In this document: positions 20,045 through 32,761 of the stretch, piece by piece
Layout: every line of letters begins with the position of its first letter
How positions within the stretch are numbered: position 1 is the first letter of the stretch
Assembly (NCBI GenBank): GCA_965219385.1
Contig: CBDCNM010000002.1
Coordinates: 2,598,936 to 2,662,935 of the forward strand
Length of the DNA: 64,000 nucleotides
Direction: 5' to 3'
DNA from: Candidatus Latescibacterota bacterium
Lineage (GTDB): Bacteria; Latescibacterota; UBA2968; UBA8231
The notes under the pieces: model-generated
What the model saw: the letters and a program-made list of their open reading frames with translations, nothing else
Told to the model about the DNA's origin: nothing
Database searches by the model: none
Program-made: the position numbers and the translations under genes

Positions 20045-21506
20045 CGCGTCTTTCCTTTCTCGGTCGTGTTGCCAACAAGGCATAGCGGAGACTTGCCGCC
20101 AATTCGTTTACGCGCTGTTCATCGCGCTCTAGATATTCGAGCACATGGTTCGCCCAGCGATGAAAGTCGGTGTGGCGCCGGGGCACGTTGCGCTCGATTT
20201 GATAAGCCCAACGAGCCGCTCGCAGAGGCTTGCCGCTCTCCGCGAGACGCAGCAAACGATGCAGCAGCGAGCGAGGAGCCACGTCGGCTTCAACCCAGTC
20301 TGCCAGCCGCTTACCATCGCCTACCACAGATTCATGTTGCTTCCAACTCCAATCCGTCCCGAGGGCGGCGCACCGATTCTTGCCCGGACGTTGCTTGGCC
20401 GACTCCAAGAGTTCCTCCGCACGCTCGACTGCGTGACGAATCGGTATGCGGTAAGGGGTCAGAGCGATTCCAGCGCTTAAGGTTAGCGGTGAATACTCTT
20501 GGGCCGGACCCACCTCGAACTCTCTTGCCAGAGACCCGGCAAAGTCGAGCACGATATTCCAGGGGCCAACCAGCAGCAGATCATCCCCGCCGGCATACAG
20601 CGTGTAGATTAAAGGCCATGACTCTGCCAACAATTCCTGAATTGTCTGCCCGAAGAACTCATGCAAACTATAACTGAAAGACCGCAGCCGGTTGTACGAT
20701 CGGTCTTCGCCGGCAACTTGTCCGACCCGGACACCCATGTCGTCCACATCGGCTTTCAGCACGGCCAGACGACGGTCGTTGCGGGCTTGCTCGGCGATCT
20801 CCTCGAATGTCAGCGGTTCGCCGGAATCGGAATGGCGCGGTATCCAGCGGCCCACTCGGAAGGATTCCGGCGTCCGGCTTTCTAATGCCTCAAAGGCGAC
20901 GCCCAGCGCTCGCGCCGAGCCGCCGCCGGGGCGCATCCATTTCCACCGTGTCAGCTTTTCACCGAGCTTGCGGGCCTCCAGACAGCTTCTACAATGTAGA
21001 ACCTCCTCACCTTCGTCCTGTACGCTCTGCTGCCCCGGAGATTGGCGGCAGACTTCACACGGCTCGTCAAGTGGAGATTGGCTCCAACTATCCGGGTTCC
21101 AACCGCCCCTGCTTTGCAGCATGGAAACGCCTATACGGCGCTTCTGAAGTTCCAGACGAGCGCGGGCGGCGAGTGGCGTCTCACCCCAGCCCAGCGAGAA
21201 CTGGACTTCTCCGCCGGATTCACCCCACAGCTTGCGTTGCAAGCCGGAACGAATCTCCTCAAGGCGAACGGGGTCGGTATCAGGTGGAATCCGCATCAGG
21301 AAACCACCTCCGCCCCGGACCAGAACATCATCGTCGGCAATACGAAATCGTTCCTTTATCGTCCAAAGTGCGGCATGTTCGAAGAGTTCGAGCAGGAACG
21401 ACCGGGCTCGCAAGCGCTTCGCCTGCGCCTTGCCCGCGCTCTTCACACCCAGCACATAACGCTGGATTCCAGAAAAATCACCAGCCAAATAGACTGCTTT
21501 GCTCAT
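20037..21506 (-). CDS. cas10: Compact Cas10 lacking the HD nuclease domain
   Basis: Starts at Palm1 GDFSGIQ, then LRARSF, CxxC/CxxC, KADVDDMG, YAGGDDLL; 489 aa. Confidence 0.93.
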   Translation of the reverse strand: MSKAVYLAGDFSGIQRYVLGVKSAGKAQAKRLRARSFLLELFEHAALWTIKERFRIADDDVLVRGGGGFLMRIPPDTDPVRLEEIRSGLQRKLWGESGGEVQFSLGWGETPLAARARLELQKRRIGVSMLQSRGGWNPDSWSQSPLDEPCEVCRQSPGQQSVQDEGEEVLHCRSCLEARKLGEKLTRWKWMRPGGGSARALGVAFEALESRTPESFRVGRWIPRHSDSGEPLTFEEIAEQARNDRRLAVLKADVDDMGVRVGQVAGEDRSYNRLRSFSYSLHEFFGQTIQELLAESWPLIYTLYAGGDDLLLVGPWNIVLDFAGSLAREFEVGPAQEYSPLTLSAGIALTPYRIPIRHAVERAEELLESAKQRPGKNRCAALGTDWSWKQHESVVGDGKRLADWVEADVAPRSLLHRLLRLAESGKPLRAARWAYQIERNVPRRHTDFHRWANHVLEYLERDEQRVNELAASLRYALLATRPRKERRDE

Positions 21507-21575
21507 AGATTAGGGTATCCAACCGGAATGAACGGTGATGTCAGAAGTTCAACATGCGCCTTAAACCCACTGCGT

Positions 21576-21983
21576 TTATGGAATGACTTCAAATCCCACC
21601 TGTCGGAAGTGATGGTCCAACGTCAATGCCCGGCAAATTCGCAGTTCTCGCATGAGAACAAAGCTACAGCAGTCGGTAAAGGAGAATTCCTTATCCCGAT
21701 AGCCGAAGAAGAGCGACCGTGCCCGTTCTCTTCGCGGTTCGTCAATGGACTCGATCCGCAGTCGAGCCGAGCCGTCGATTTGCAGCCACCAAGCTTCAGC
21801 AGCTTTAAGACCAAGGCGGAACCGGATGGTGGTCAGAGTCTCGTCGATCACATAGTCGGTCGTCGTCAGTATGCCTCCGGACGACAGCCATTGATCCCGA
21901 GCTTCCCGTACAGCCGAACCTGCGGTATCGCGGCTATCCGCAGCCGCAACCCATGCGGCCGTATCCACGAACATTTGCTTCAC
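21576..21983 (-). CDS. vapC: PIN-domain toxin (VapC family)
   Basis: FVDT, VIDE, SFTDCCSF, TLDHHF. Confidence 0.92.
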   Translation of the reverse strand: MKQMFVDTAAWVAAADSRDTAGSAVREARDQWLSSGGILTTTDYVIDETLTTIRFRLGLKAAEAWWLQIDGSARLRIESIDEPRRERARSLFFGYRDKEFSFTDCCSFVLMRELRICRALTLDHHFRQVGFEVIP

Positions 21984-22225
21984 CTGTACAGCACTTCGTC
22001 ATGCCGTGCGGCAGCGTCACCCGATTCAGATGCCCCAACGGCTGGAGCCTGGTACAGCGAATCCGATTCCAGTGGCGCGCTTTCGATAGGTGGACTGCCA
22101 ACCGGGACGATGTCGAAAGCCGGACGACTGCGGTAAAGAACGGTAAACCGCTCCCCGTGTCTCACTTTCTCGACGACATCCTGCAGTCGCTCTCGGAGCT
22201 GTTTGGCGCTGATAAATTCTGGCAT
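21980..22225 (-). CDS. Phd/YefM-family antitoxin
   Basis: ISAKQLRERL..VVEKV..GERFTVL...RP; overlaps the toxin start by 4 nt. Confidence 0.85.
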   Translation of the reverse strand: MPEFISAKQLRERLQDVVEKVRHGERFTVLYRSRPAFDIVPVGSPPIESAPLESDSLYQAPAVGASESGDAAARHDEVLYR

Positions 22226-22240
22226 CGTAGCACCTTTTTG

Positions 22241-22262
22241 AAGTTTAACTTAAGATAAACTT
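22241..22262. promoter_or_regulatory. Palindromic putative TA operator overlapping a candidate promoter
   Basis: AAGTTTAACTTAAGATAAACTT near-palindrome; minus-strand TTGCTT-N17-TAAGTT. Confidence 0.55.
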
Positions 22263-22280
22263 TTATCGAAAGCAATACAA

Positions 22281-23909
22281 TCACCTGAACTCTACTGGAT
22301 GTGGACGTGCGAACATTCCAAGGCCAAAATGACAGGCATAGCCAAGAGCTAAAGGACCCTCGATTGGTTCAGGAAAACTCAGGCGCAGCAAGGCCCCTTG
22401 CGCGTCGGGTTGTTTCTCTCGCCCCCGCGAACGGAACCGGTGAAAATGGACTGGTCGTCGGGAAACACCATGGACCTCGATGTCGGGCAAGCGCTCGACT
22501 TGAACAGGCCCAATACTCGATCCAGACGCGATCTCTCTACGCTTCCAAAGCCGATGTACCTCGCCCTCATAGCCAGCCTTTTTCAAATGACCGGCCGCCA
22601 AAAAGGGCGTTACACTGACCCATTCAGCGGAGCGGCCAAATAGCCGCGATGTGTCCGCAAAGTCCTCCGGGCGGCCAAAGCCCTCTAGGGCCAGCCGCCA
22701 TTCTTGGCGGCCGGTTTCTTCGTTCCCTTCTTCTCCGCTGGGATCTTTTTTGCCAACCCACAATCGGGTCAAGCGATCCAGCTTCTCGCGCACTTCGGCG
22801 TCGAAACCTTCCTTTGCGTAAACCGATATGTGGTCAATCCAGCCATCGCCATCGGCGTCTTCGGGCAGCCAAAAAGCGTGAGAATGCCGACCATCTCGCA
22901 AAGGTTGGTCGTCGGGGCCACGGCCCGAGATCACCGACGGCGCTTTGGGTTTCTTGTTCTCCCAACCGAACTTGGAAAGCGCGGCCAGCCGCATGAGTTC
23001 GCCGATCTTAACTGCGTCCTCAATGCGAGGTTGGGGACGGCCAGCTAGGAGATAGCGGGCTACGGTGAAACGACTGCGGTCATCAATCGCTTCATGTCTC
23101 TGTACGGGCCGCGGAACGGGCGACAGTGGTGAACGTGTGTAAACGATCTCGCGTGCGGCCGGCGGCCGGTTCCAGCGGTATTTCTGGTAATCGGCCGTAT
23201 CGAGTGTCAAGGCGTCGGACAAGCGTTCGGGCAGGGTCGGCCCGAACGCCTTGTTGTGCGCTCTTTCGAGTGCTTTGGGCGTGGGGGGCCTCTTGCCGGA
23301 AGCAGCGGCGCGGGAACGCTCTGCATCGTCGGCTTCCTCTAACAGGCGCGTGCGCTCCACCGCATAGTCCCTGGCACTGCGCGGCGCGAGCACCCGCACC
23401 GCCTCCCCATCAGTGGCCCCATTTTGGCCGACCGGGCGGCAGTTTGCCTCTCCTCCCCAGTCAGTTGTCGCTTCGCAGTCAACCCAACTCTCGGCACGGC
23501 CCAAGTAGCCGATCCCCTCGGCGAGATCGGCCGCTAATTCAAAAAGTTCGGCGTCCAAGTCGAGTTCCGGCCAAACCGTTACGATCTTCTCGCCTTCGGG
23601 AAGGTGTGCGAAGGCGTCAAAGACGAGCGTCGTCTTCAGCGGCGCGGGCATGTAGTGTTGGGTGTGTGCGTGGATTGCGCCTTCGGGCAGGCGATAGATC
23701 GGCGCATCTTCCGCGAGCGCGTCCATTAGCCGGGCGAGCGCGTCCTCGGACCAGCGCACCCGGTCTCCTTTGCGCCAATAGCTAGCAACGAGCGCACGGA
23801 GAATGCGCCACGGCTCCGGCGGCCAAGCGACATCAGCTTCGTTGACATGGCGTCCCCACGGCGTAGCGTGATAGCGGCCCGCGGGGAAGCTGAAAGTAAG
23901 CGCGAACAT
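22281..23909 (-). CDS. csb2: Type I-G Csb2 (Cas5/Cas6 fusion)
   Basis: FPAGRYHATPWG...WPPEPWRILRAL, YLGRAES, GPLALGYACHFGLGMF. Confidence 0.95.
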   Translation of the reverse strand: MFALTFSFPAGRYHATPWGRHVNEADVAWPPEPWRILRALVASYWRKGDRVRWSEDALARLMDALAEDAPIYRLPEGAIHAHTQHYMPAPLKTTLVFDAFAHLPEGEKIVTVWPELDLDAELFELAADLAEGIGYLGRAESWVDCEATTDWGGEANCRPVGQNGATDGEAVRVLAPRSARDYAVERTRLLEEADDAERSRAAASGKRPPTPKALERAHNKAFGPTLPERLSDALTLDTADYQKYRWNRPPAAREIVYTRSPLSPVPRPVQRHEAIDDRSRFTVARYLLAGRPQPRIEDAVKIGELMRLAALSKFGWENKKPKAPSVISGRGPDDQPLRDGRHSHAFWLPEDADGDGWIDHISVYAKEGFDAEVREKLDRLTRLWVGKKDPSGEEGNEETGRQEWRLALEGFGRPEDFADTSRLFGRSAEWVSVTPFLAAGHLKKAGYEGEVHRLWKRREIASGSSIGPVQVERLPDIEVHGVSRRPVHFHRFRSRGREKQPDAQGALLRLSFPEPIEGPLALGYACHFGLGMFARPHPVEFR

Positions 23910-23916
23910 TCGAGAC

Positions 23917-27172
<3,256 letters not shown>

Positions 27173-27183
<11 letters not shown>

Positions 27184-29656
27184 ATCCATCCTCCTGTTCT
27201 TCTTTTGCCGATGCCCGCCAATCCGCAATCCGCACCAGTGCCTCCAGCCACGCGAGCCGGAAAGGGCCATACTGGGAAAGCAAATTGCGTGTACGCTCGG
27301 CCCAACTCGCGCCGGTTTCTGGATGCTCCCCCAACTCCATCACGGATAGTGTGAGCGGCCCCCCTGCCCAAGTTTCTCCACCACCTAAGTCAACCGGCGG
27401 GACCACATCGCCCTCCCATATGCCGCGGACAAAACGGGATTTATCCTCTCCTGTTGCCGGACGTTCGGCGGGAAGCGGACGCAAATTCAGGCGCACCTTG
27501 CCGTGATGGGCGGCGATCAGGTACGCGACCAGATCAGCCTCCCGTGCCCAGTCCGCTTGTGAGAGGAACGCGAGCGCAGACGCCAGTTCGTGCCGTAAGT
27601 ACGCCCGCCCCTTCATACGGTCGTACTTCGGGGCCTTGGCCAACAGACCCTCTGGCCGTGAATCAGACTCAGGGTCATTGGCAACCATTCGCGCCTGAAA
27701 CTCAGCGTGTGCCTTGCCGAGGTCGTGCCAGTATGCAGCCTGGACAATCGCGGCTTTCCAGTCTCCACAAACGCCGAGGCCATCGCACAGTAGTCCAGCT
27801 TTAAAAGCCACGTTGTCCAGATGCTTCACCAGTCCCACGAATCCCCTCTGTCTGCTGCTGTCGGGATCGGCGTCATTCGACTCGTCTGCTGCTGACAACT
27901 CCGCTTCTAGCTCCACAGGCTCGACCGCTGCTTTTATGTCCTGATCAAACCCCGTCTCCGGCGCGTACCCTCCGGTACTTGCAGAAACCAACAAGACCAA
28001 ACCCGGCCAAGGTTCCTCCCGGAACGCGGTCCAAGCCTTCATGTTATATCTCGCCTGCGGGTCTATGCGGAACACCCGCTGCCCTTCCTTTTGCCGGACA
28101 TTCTTGAGCCAGTCTCGGGCTTGTCTTATCGGAACTGCACAAAGCTCGTCCCGCGTCGGCGCGAGCTGATCCTCTAGTCCAGCCGACAAATCGCGCCAGA
28201 AGACGCGAATATCAGTATCCTCGGCATCGCGGATATAGGGAGCAATATCGACATCAAAGCCAGTCAAATCTGGATCAGTGTCGTATAGATCTATCATATC
28301 CCTAGATCGTATCACCCGCTGATGGTCGCAGTCATCGGGTGCAGGCGGCGCGAGATTGGACGGTCGAGCGTCCGTCAACGCGGCAATCCGCTCGCGTCCG
28401 ATTTTGAGCTCGTCAATCTCATAAGGAGCGGCCAGCAAATCATCGAGACCGCCACCGATGAGATCAATCCAGCGAATCGTCCCGCCGCCGGAATCGTTCA
28501 ATTCTCCGTAGCGGTTCACCCGACCAAACCGCTGGATGAGGGACGAGGCGGGCGCGAGTTCGGTGAGCATGACCGCCGCCGAAAGATCGACACCCGCTTC
28601 AATCGCCTGCGTCGCAACGACGATCAAGTCTTTCGCCTCCCCAGGCTGCGGCAGCTTATCCATCTGCGATTTGCGATCTTTGGGCCGAAAGCGCGAGTGG
28701 ATGAGGGCGAGGCGAGCGGGCGAATCCTTTTTCTTGAGTGCCTTATGCACAGCTTGAGCTCGGACGACGGTATTGACTACCACGAGCGTCGTGCGGTTTT
28801 CTTGATGCAGCCGCAGAGTTTCTTCCGCCAACGCCGTGGCGTAAGCATCCAGACCGGCCTTCTTGGCACTCACCGGCGCAACGGACGCCTGCTGAATCGG
28901 CTTGGGTGCGTCAATCAGCTTGAGGACATGCGGCGACTGCCCGTCTTCAGGGAAATCGTCTGGAGCGCACCAAACCTTCGGACTTTGCTTGAAATCAACC
29001 GTGCCTAGCCAGTCTGGATGAAGGGTTGCCGACACCCAAAGACTGCGCGAGGCAATCTCCGTCCCCAATTTGCGACGAAAGCCTTCAAGTTGTGTGGAGG
29101 TTGCCAATCCCGAGCCCATGAGTTGCACCTCGTCAAAGACCCACTGCGCGTCGTTGTGCAGCAACGCGAAGTCCACCGGCCAGCGGAAGCGGCTCATGGC
29201 GTACCCCCGCATCAGAGCGCGACTGAGTAGCATGTCTTGGGTCCCAATCAGGATGGCTGGATGTTCGGGTCTTTCAAACCAGCGCGGCTCGTCAATGCCA
29301 CCCAAGCGCGGCTTGTCAATGCCACCCATAAGAACATGGACTCCGGTTTGGGGATCCGGGAGGCGCGATTTCCAGTCCGTATTTGCCTCTCCTAGCCGTC
29401 GCAGCCATTCTCTTACATTCCGCTCCGTCTGGTCAACGAGCGTGCGCATGGGCAGGCAATAGACGAGGCGACGCGGCAGTGCATACTCAGCGGCGATGTG
29501 CTGCCAAGCCCAGCCGAGTACTACCGCGGCGGTCTTGCCGAGGCCGGTCGGAGCAATAAGCGCGTCCGGCCAAGCTCGCTTTGCTAGCGCCTGCTGATAG
29601 GCGAAAGGGCTGATATCTTTGCCGAATGCTGTGGAGAAGAATTGATCGAAGGTCAT
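27173..29656 (-). CDS. cas3: Type I-G Cas3 (N-terminal helicase, C-terminal HD nuclease)
   Basis: APTGLGKT, DEVQ, SAT, TQAIEAGVD, QRFGRVNR, HDLGKA, HELASA, HHG. Confidence 0.96.
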
Positions 29657-29668
29657 ACACCTATTCCA

Positions 29669-29881
29669 TTATTTATTATTGTTTTTCCCCGCGAGAACTT
29701 CGCCCACGATTTGGTCGATTTCCCGCTTGCTTTTCCTCAGCAAGTCGATTTCGTAGGGCGTCAGCATCCGGTAAGCGGGCGAGGTGCCCATTATTCGCTT
29801 GAGTTTGGCCGTCGAAGGAGTGAGTCCAGTGTTCTCACCATCACTTTCTAAAGGCTGCTCCGCGTCGTTTCCTGAGTTCAT
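29669..29881 (-). CDS. Small hypothetical protein (70 aa) at the head of the cas operon
   Basis: AGGAG RBS 8 nt upstream; ends 12 nt before the cas3 start. Confidence 0.55.
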   Translation of the reverse strand: MNSGNDAEQPLESDGENTGLTPSTAKLKRIMGTSPAYRMLTPYEIDLLRKSKREIDQIVGEVLAGKNNNK

Positions 29882-30241
29882 GCGATTGCTCCTGTGAGGG
29901 TTTAACTTGGCATCCCTGCCGCTGCATTCGCGACAAAACCGCTGACGCGAGGGTACTCAGCGGCGCATGGACTTTCCGCGGTCGCGCTCACCATTTGAGC
30001 CATGCCGGGTCTTCCAGATGGATCGTCACACTATCGATATTCATATTGGTCTCTCGCTGAACTTCGCTTTGGGCTCTCCCAACTTCCAGCCGGGAGTCGG
30101 CGCCGGATCGGAATGCTTTGCGTGATGAGACTTGCTTGGTTAAATATATGTGCAGTGGCGATAAGCCCCAAGTTGGCTGTCGACCTGACTGGCGTAGCGC
30201 CGGTCCATTCCGTATTTTGAATCCCTGGCGAACCCGCGCTT

Positions 30242-30272
30242 CCCTTGGGTCACCGCCGAGCTGAAAATCCAG
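30242..30272 (+). repeat. 31-bp direct repeat, right boundary of the CRISPR-Cas cassette
   Basis: Identical to 13031-13061. Confidence 0.95.
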
Positions 30273-30296
30273 AATCCAACCAAGGAGAGCCAAGCC

Positions 30297-31295
30297 ATGA
30301 GTGAACAAGAAGGCCAGGCAAGAAAAAAAGCCGCCATGCACGTCGGCGTCCAGGGCATAGGGACCTCCAGACACGAGCTGCAATTCCTGGTGCGCCACGG
30401 CGTCACCCACATGAACGCCGCGGTGGACGGCTTCGACACGGATACCCTGGCGCGCCACCGGGAAGAGGCCGCCGCCGAAGGGATCAGCCTGGAGGCCACC
30501 CACGTCGGCATCGCCGAGAGCATCACCCTGGCCGAGGACCCCCAGCGCGATCGCGATATCGAGGCGCTGGGCCGCCTGATCGAAAACGCGGGCAAGGCCG
30601 GCCTTAGATCCCTGTTCTACAACTTCTGCATCCTTACTCACCAGCGCACCGAAGCCACCCCTGGACGGGGCGGCTCGATGTACAGCACCTTTGATATGTC
30701 CAAGTACGACAACAAGACCCTGACCAAGGCCGGCCGGGTGAGCCGCGAAGAGGCCTTTGAACGAGCCGCCTATTTCCTCGAACGGGTGATCCCCGTGGCC
30801 GAGGAAAACAAGGTGCAGATGGCCTGCCACCTCAACGATCCCCCGGCCCCGGTCCTGCGCGGAGTGGAACGGTGGAATTACCCGGTCTTCGAAGGGTTGA
30901 AGCGCTTTTCCGAGCTGGTGGACAGCCCGTATCACGGCTTCAATTTCTGCTGTGGAGTAGCCTCGGAGGGATTGGAGGATCCCGGCACGGAGCTTTACGA
31001 AATCGTGCGGTATTTCGGCGAGAAGAAGAAGATCTTCAACGTTCACTTTCGCAATATCAAGGGCGGGCTGCACCACTTCCAGGAGGTCTGGCCCGATGAA
31101 GGGGTCGTCGATATGTACAGGCTGGCCCGGGTGTTCAGGGATGTGGAGTACCCCTACATGCTGATGCCCGACCACGCGCCGGATCACCCGGACGACGTAC
31201 CGCCCCCCGAAGGTTCCGGGCGGGTACGCCAGGCCTGGGCCTTTCAGTTCGGCTATATCATCGCCCTGGTCCAGGCGGTGAATTCGGAAGCCTGA
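30297..31295 (+). CDS. Mannonate dehydratase (UxuA)-like protein
   Basis: YFLERVIPVAEE...HLNDPP, HFRNIKG, PDEG.VDM, MPDH. Confidence 0.85.
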   Translation: MSEQEGQARKKAAMHVGVQGIGTSRHELQFLVRHGVTHMNAAVDGFDTDTLARHREEAAAEGISLEATHVGIAESITLAEDPQRDRDIEALGRLIENAGKAGLRSLFYNFCILTHQRTEATPGRGGSMYSTFDMSKYDNKTLTKAGRVSREEAFERAAYFLERVIPVAEENKVQMACHLNDPPAPVLRGVERWNYPVFEGLKRFSELVDSPYHGFNFCCGVASEGLEDPGTELYEIVRYFGEKKKIFNVHFRNIKGGLHHFQEVWPDEGVVDMYRLARVFRDVEYPYMLMPDHAPDHPDDVPPPEGSGRVRQAWAFQFGYIIALVQAVNSEA

Positions 31296-31390
31296 ATATC
31301 AGCACTGCGCGAAATACCGTAAATATTTGGGCCTTAAGGCCGGGAGGGGATGTTGCCGGCGGCGTTTTATGAGGGGGTGGAAAAGCCAAC

Positions 31391-32503
31391 CTACTCGACT
31401 ACGAATGCATGAATCGTGGCCGCCTGCATGGCCTCCCAGTCCACTTCGAGGCCCAGTCCCGGACCCTGGGGCGCCTTCACGTAGCCATCGGGCTGCGGGC
31501 GGATGACATCCTTCATCCCGTACTCGTACGGCTCGTAGGGAACCGATTGCTCGAAATAGGAGCAGTTGTCGTGGGCCAGCATGAGGTGGAGATTGGCCGC
31601 CGACACCAGGCTGTAGCCCCACGACATGATTTCGCACTTCATACCGGCGGCTTCGGTAAGGGCGATCGCCTTGTTGGTCTGGGTGATCCCGCCCATCATG
31701 GCCACGTCCGTCCTGGCGCGTCCCCATGCCTTTGCAAGGATGGCTGCGGCAAAGGTGTGGAGGTCCTGGAACCAGTTGCCGGACGGAAGGATGGGGATCT
31801 TGACCCGGCTTGTCAGCTCCTTGTAGCCATCCAGGTCCGAGTCGTGCAGGGGGGCCTCGAACCAGGTGAAGCCCATCGCTTCGAGCTCCTGGGCGACCCG
31901 CAGCGCACCGTCGCGGTCGTAATTGTTCTCGGCGTCGAGCATGAAGGCGACGTCGTTGCCAGGGTAGTGCTTCCGGACGGCCCGGGCGAGTTCGAGATCC
32001 AGCTCCGGGATGCACCAGGTGTGGAACTTGATGGCCTTGAATCCGCGGGCGATGAACTCCTCGGCATTCTTCAGGTAGGAGTCGACGTCCTCAAAGAGCG
32101 GGGTACTGGCGTAGGCCGGCATTTTGTCGCACGCCCCCCCCAGTAGCCGGTAGATGGGCAATCCCGCCACCTTGCCGGCCAGGTCCCACAGGGCGATGTC
32201 GATGGCGGCGAGCGCCTGGGGCGGCAGCGGAAAAACCCGCGGCCGGATCTGGTGCCAGATCAACTCCCGCAGCAGCGGATCCTTTCCTATCAGGATGGGG
32301 GCCAGGTGGCGTATCGCCTCGGCGGTATAGCGCTCGAAATCGAACGAGGTCGCGTTCCAGACGCCTGCTACGCCCTCGATGCCTTGGTCGGTGTAGATCC
32401 TGACGATGGTGTTGGTGGAGTACTGGTCGGGTAGATCGTCCGACCACGTGAAGCGGTCGACCGGCGGCGCCACGGTTTGCACTTCAACTCTGGTGATTTT
32501 CAT
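31391..32503 (-). CDS. Mandelate racemase/muconate lactonizing enzyme family protein
   Basis: AIDIALWDLAGKVAGLPIYRLLGG, WFEAP, PQGPGLG; probable start MKITRVEV. Confidence 0.9.
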   Translation of the reverse strand: MKITRVEVQTVAPPVDRFTWSDDLPDQYSTNTIVRIYTDQGIEGVAGVWNATSFDFERYTAEAIRHLAPILIGKDPLLRELIWHQIRPRVFPLPPQALAAIDIALWDLAGKVAGLPIYRLLGGACDKMPAYASTPLFEDVDSYLKNAEEFIARGFKAIKFHTWCIPELDLELARAVRKHYPGNDVAFMLDAENNYDRDGALRVAQELEAMGFTWFEAPLHDSDLDGYKELTSRVKIPILPSGNWFQDLHTFAAAILAKAWGRARTDVAMMGGITQTNKAIALTEAAGMKCEIMSWGYSLVSAANLHLMLAHDNCSYFEQSVPYEPYEYGMKDVIRPQPDGYVKAPQGPGLGLEVDWEAMQAATIHAFVVE

Positions 32504-32612
32504 TCGAGGTGCCTCCTCGATACAGGCTCTGGTCCATTTCGTTGTGTCCTGATGCTGAATTGACGCTTGTTCTGTAGATTCCACCCGGGTCGGGTGGATC
32601 GGTGTCGCCGTC

Positions 32613-32684
32613 GTAGGGTTGTTCAGTGCCATAACAGTAGGGTTGTTCAGTGCCATAACAGTAGGGTTGTTCAGTGCCATAACA
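32613..32684. repeat. 24-bp perfect tandem repeat x3 in a divergent intergenic region
   Basis: GTAGGGTTGTTCAGTGCCATAACA x3. Confidence 0.95.
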
Positions 32685-32761
32685 TAAGAACGGGAAACGT
32701 GGTTGTCACCCCTGCAGACGGACTATACCTTGACTAACCTGCCGAAGAGGAGAAAATACTC

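Noticed and set aside
32613..32684. Possible mini-CRISPR
   Set aside because: The units are head-to-tail with no spacers.
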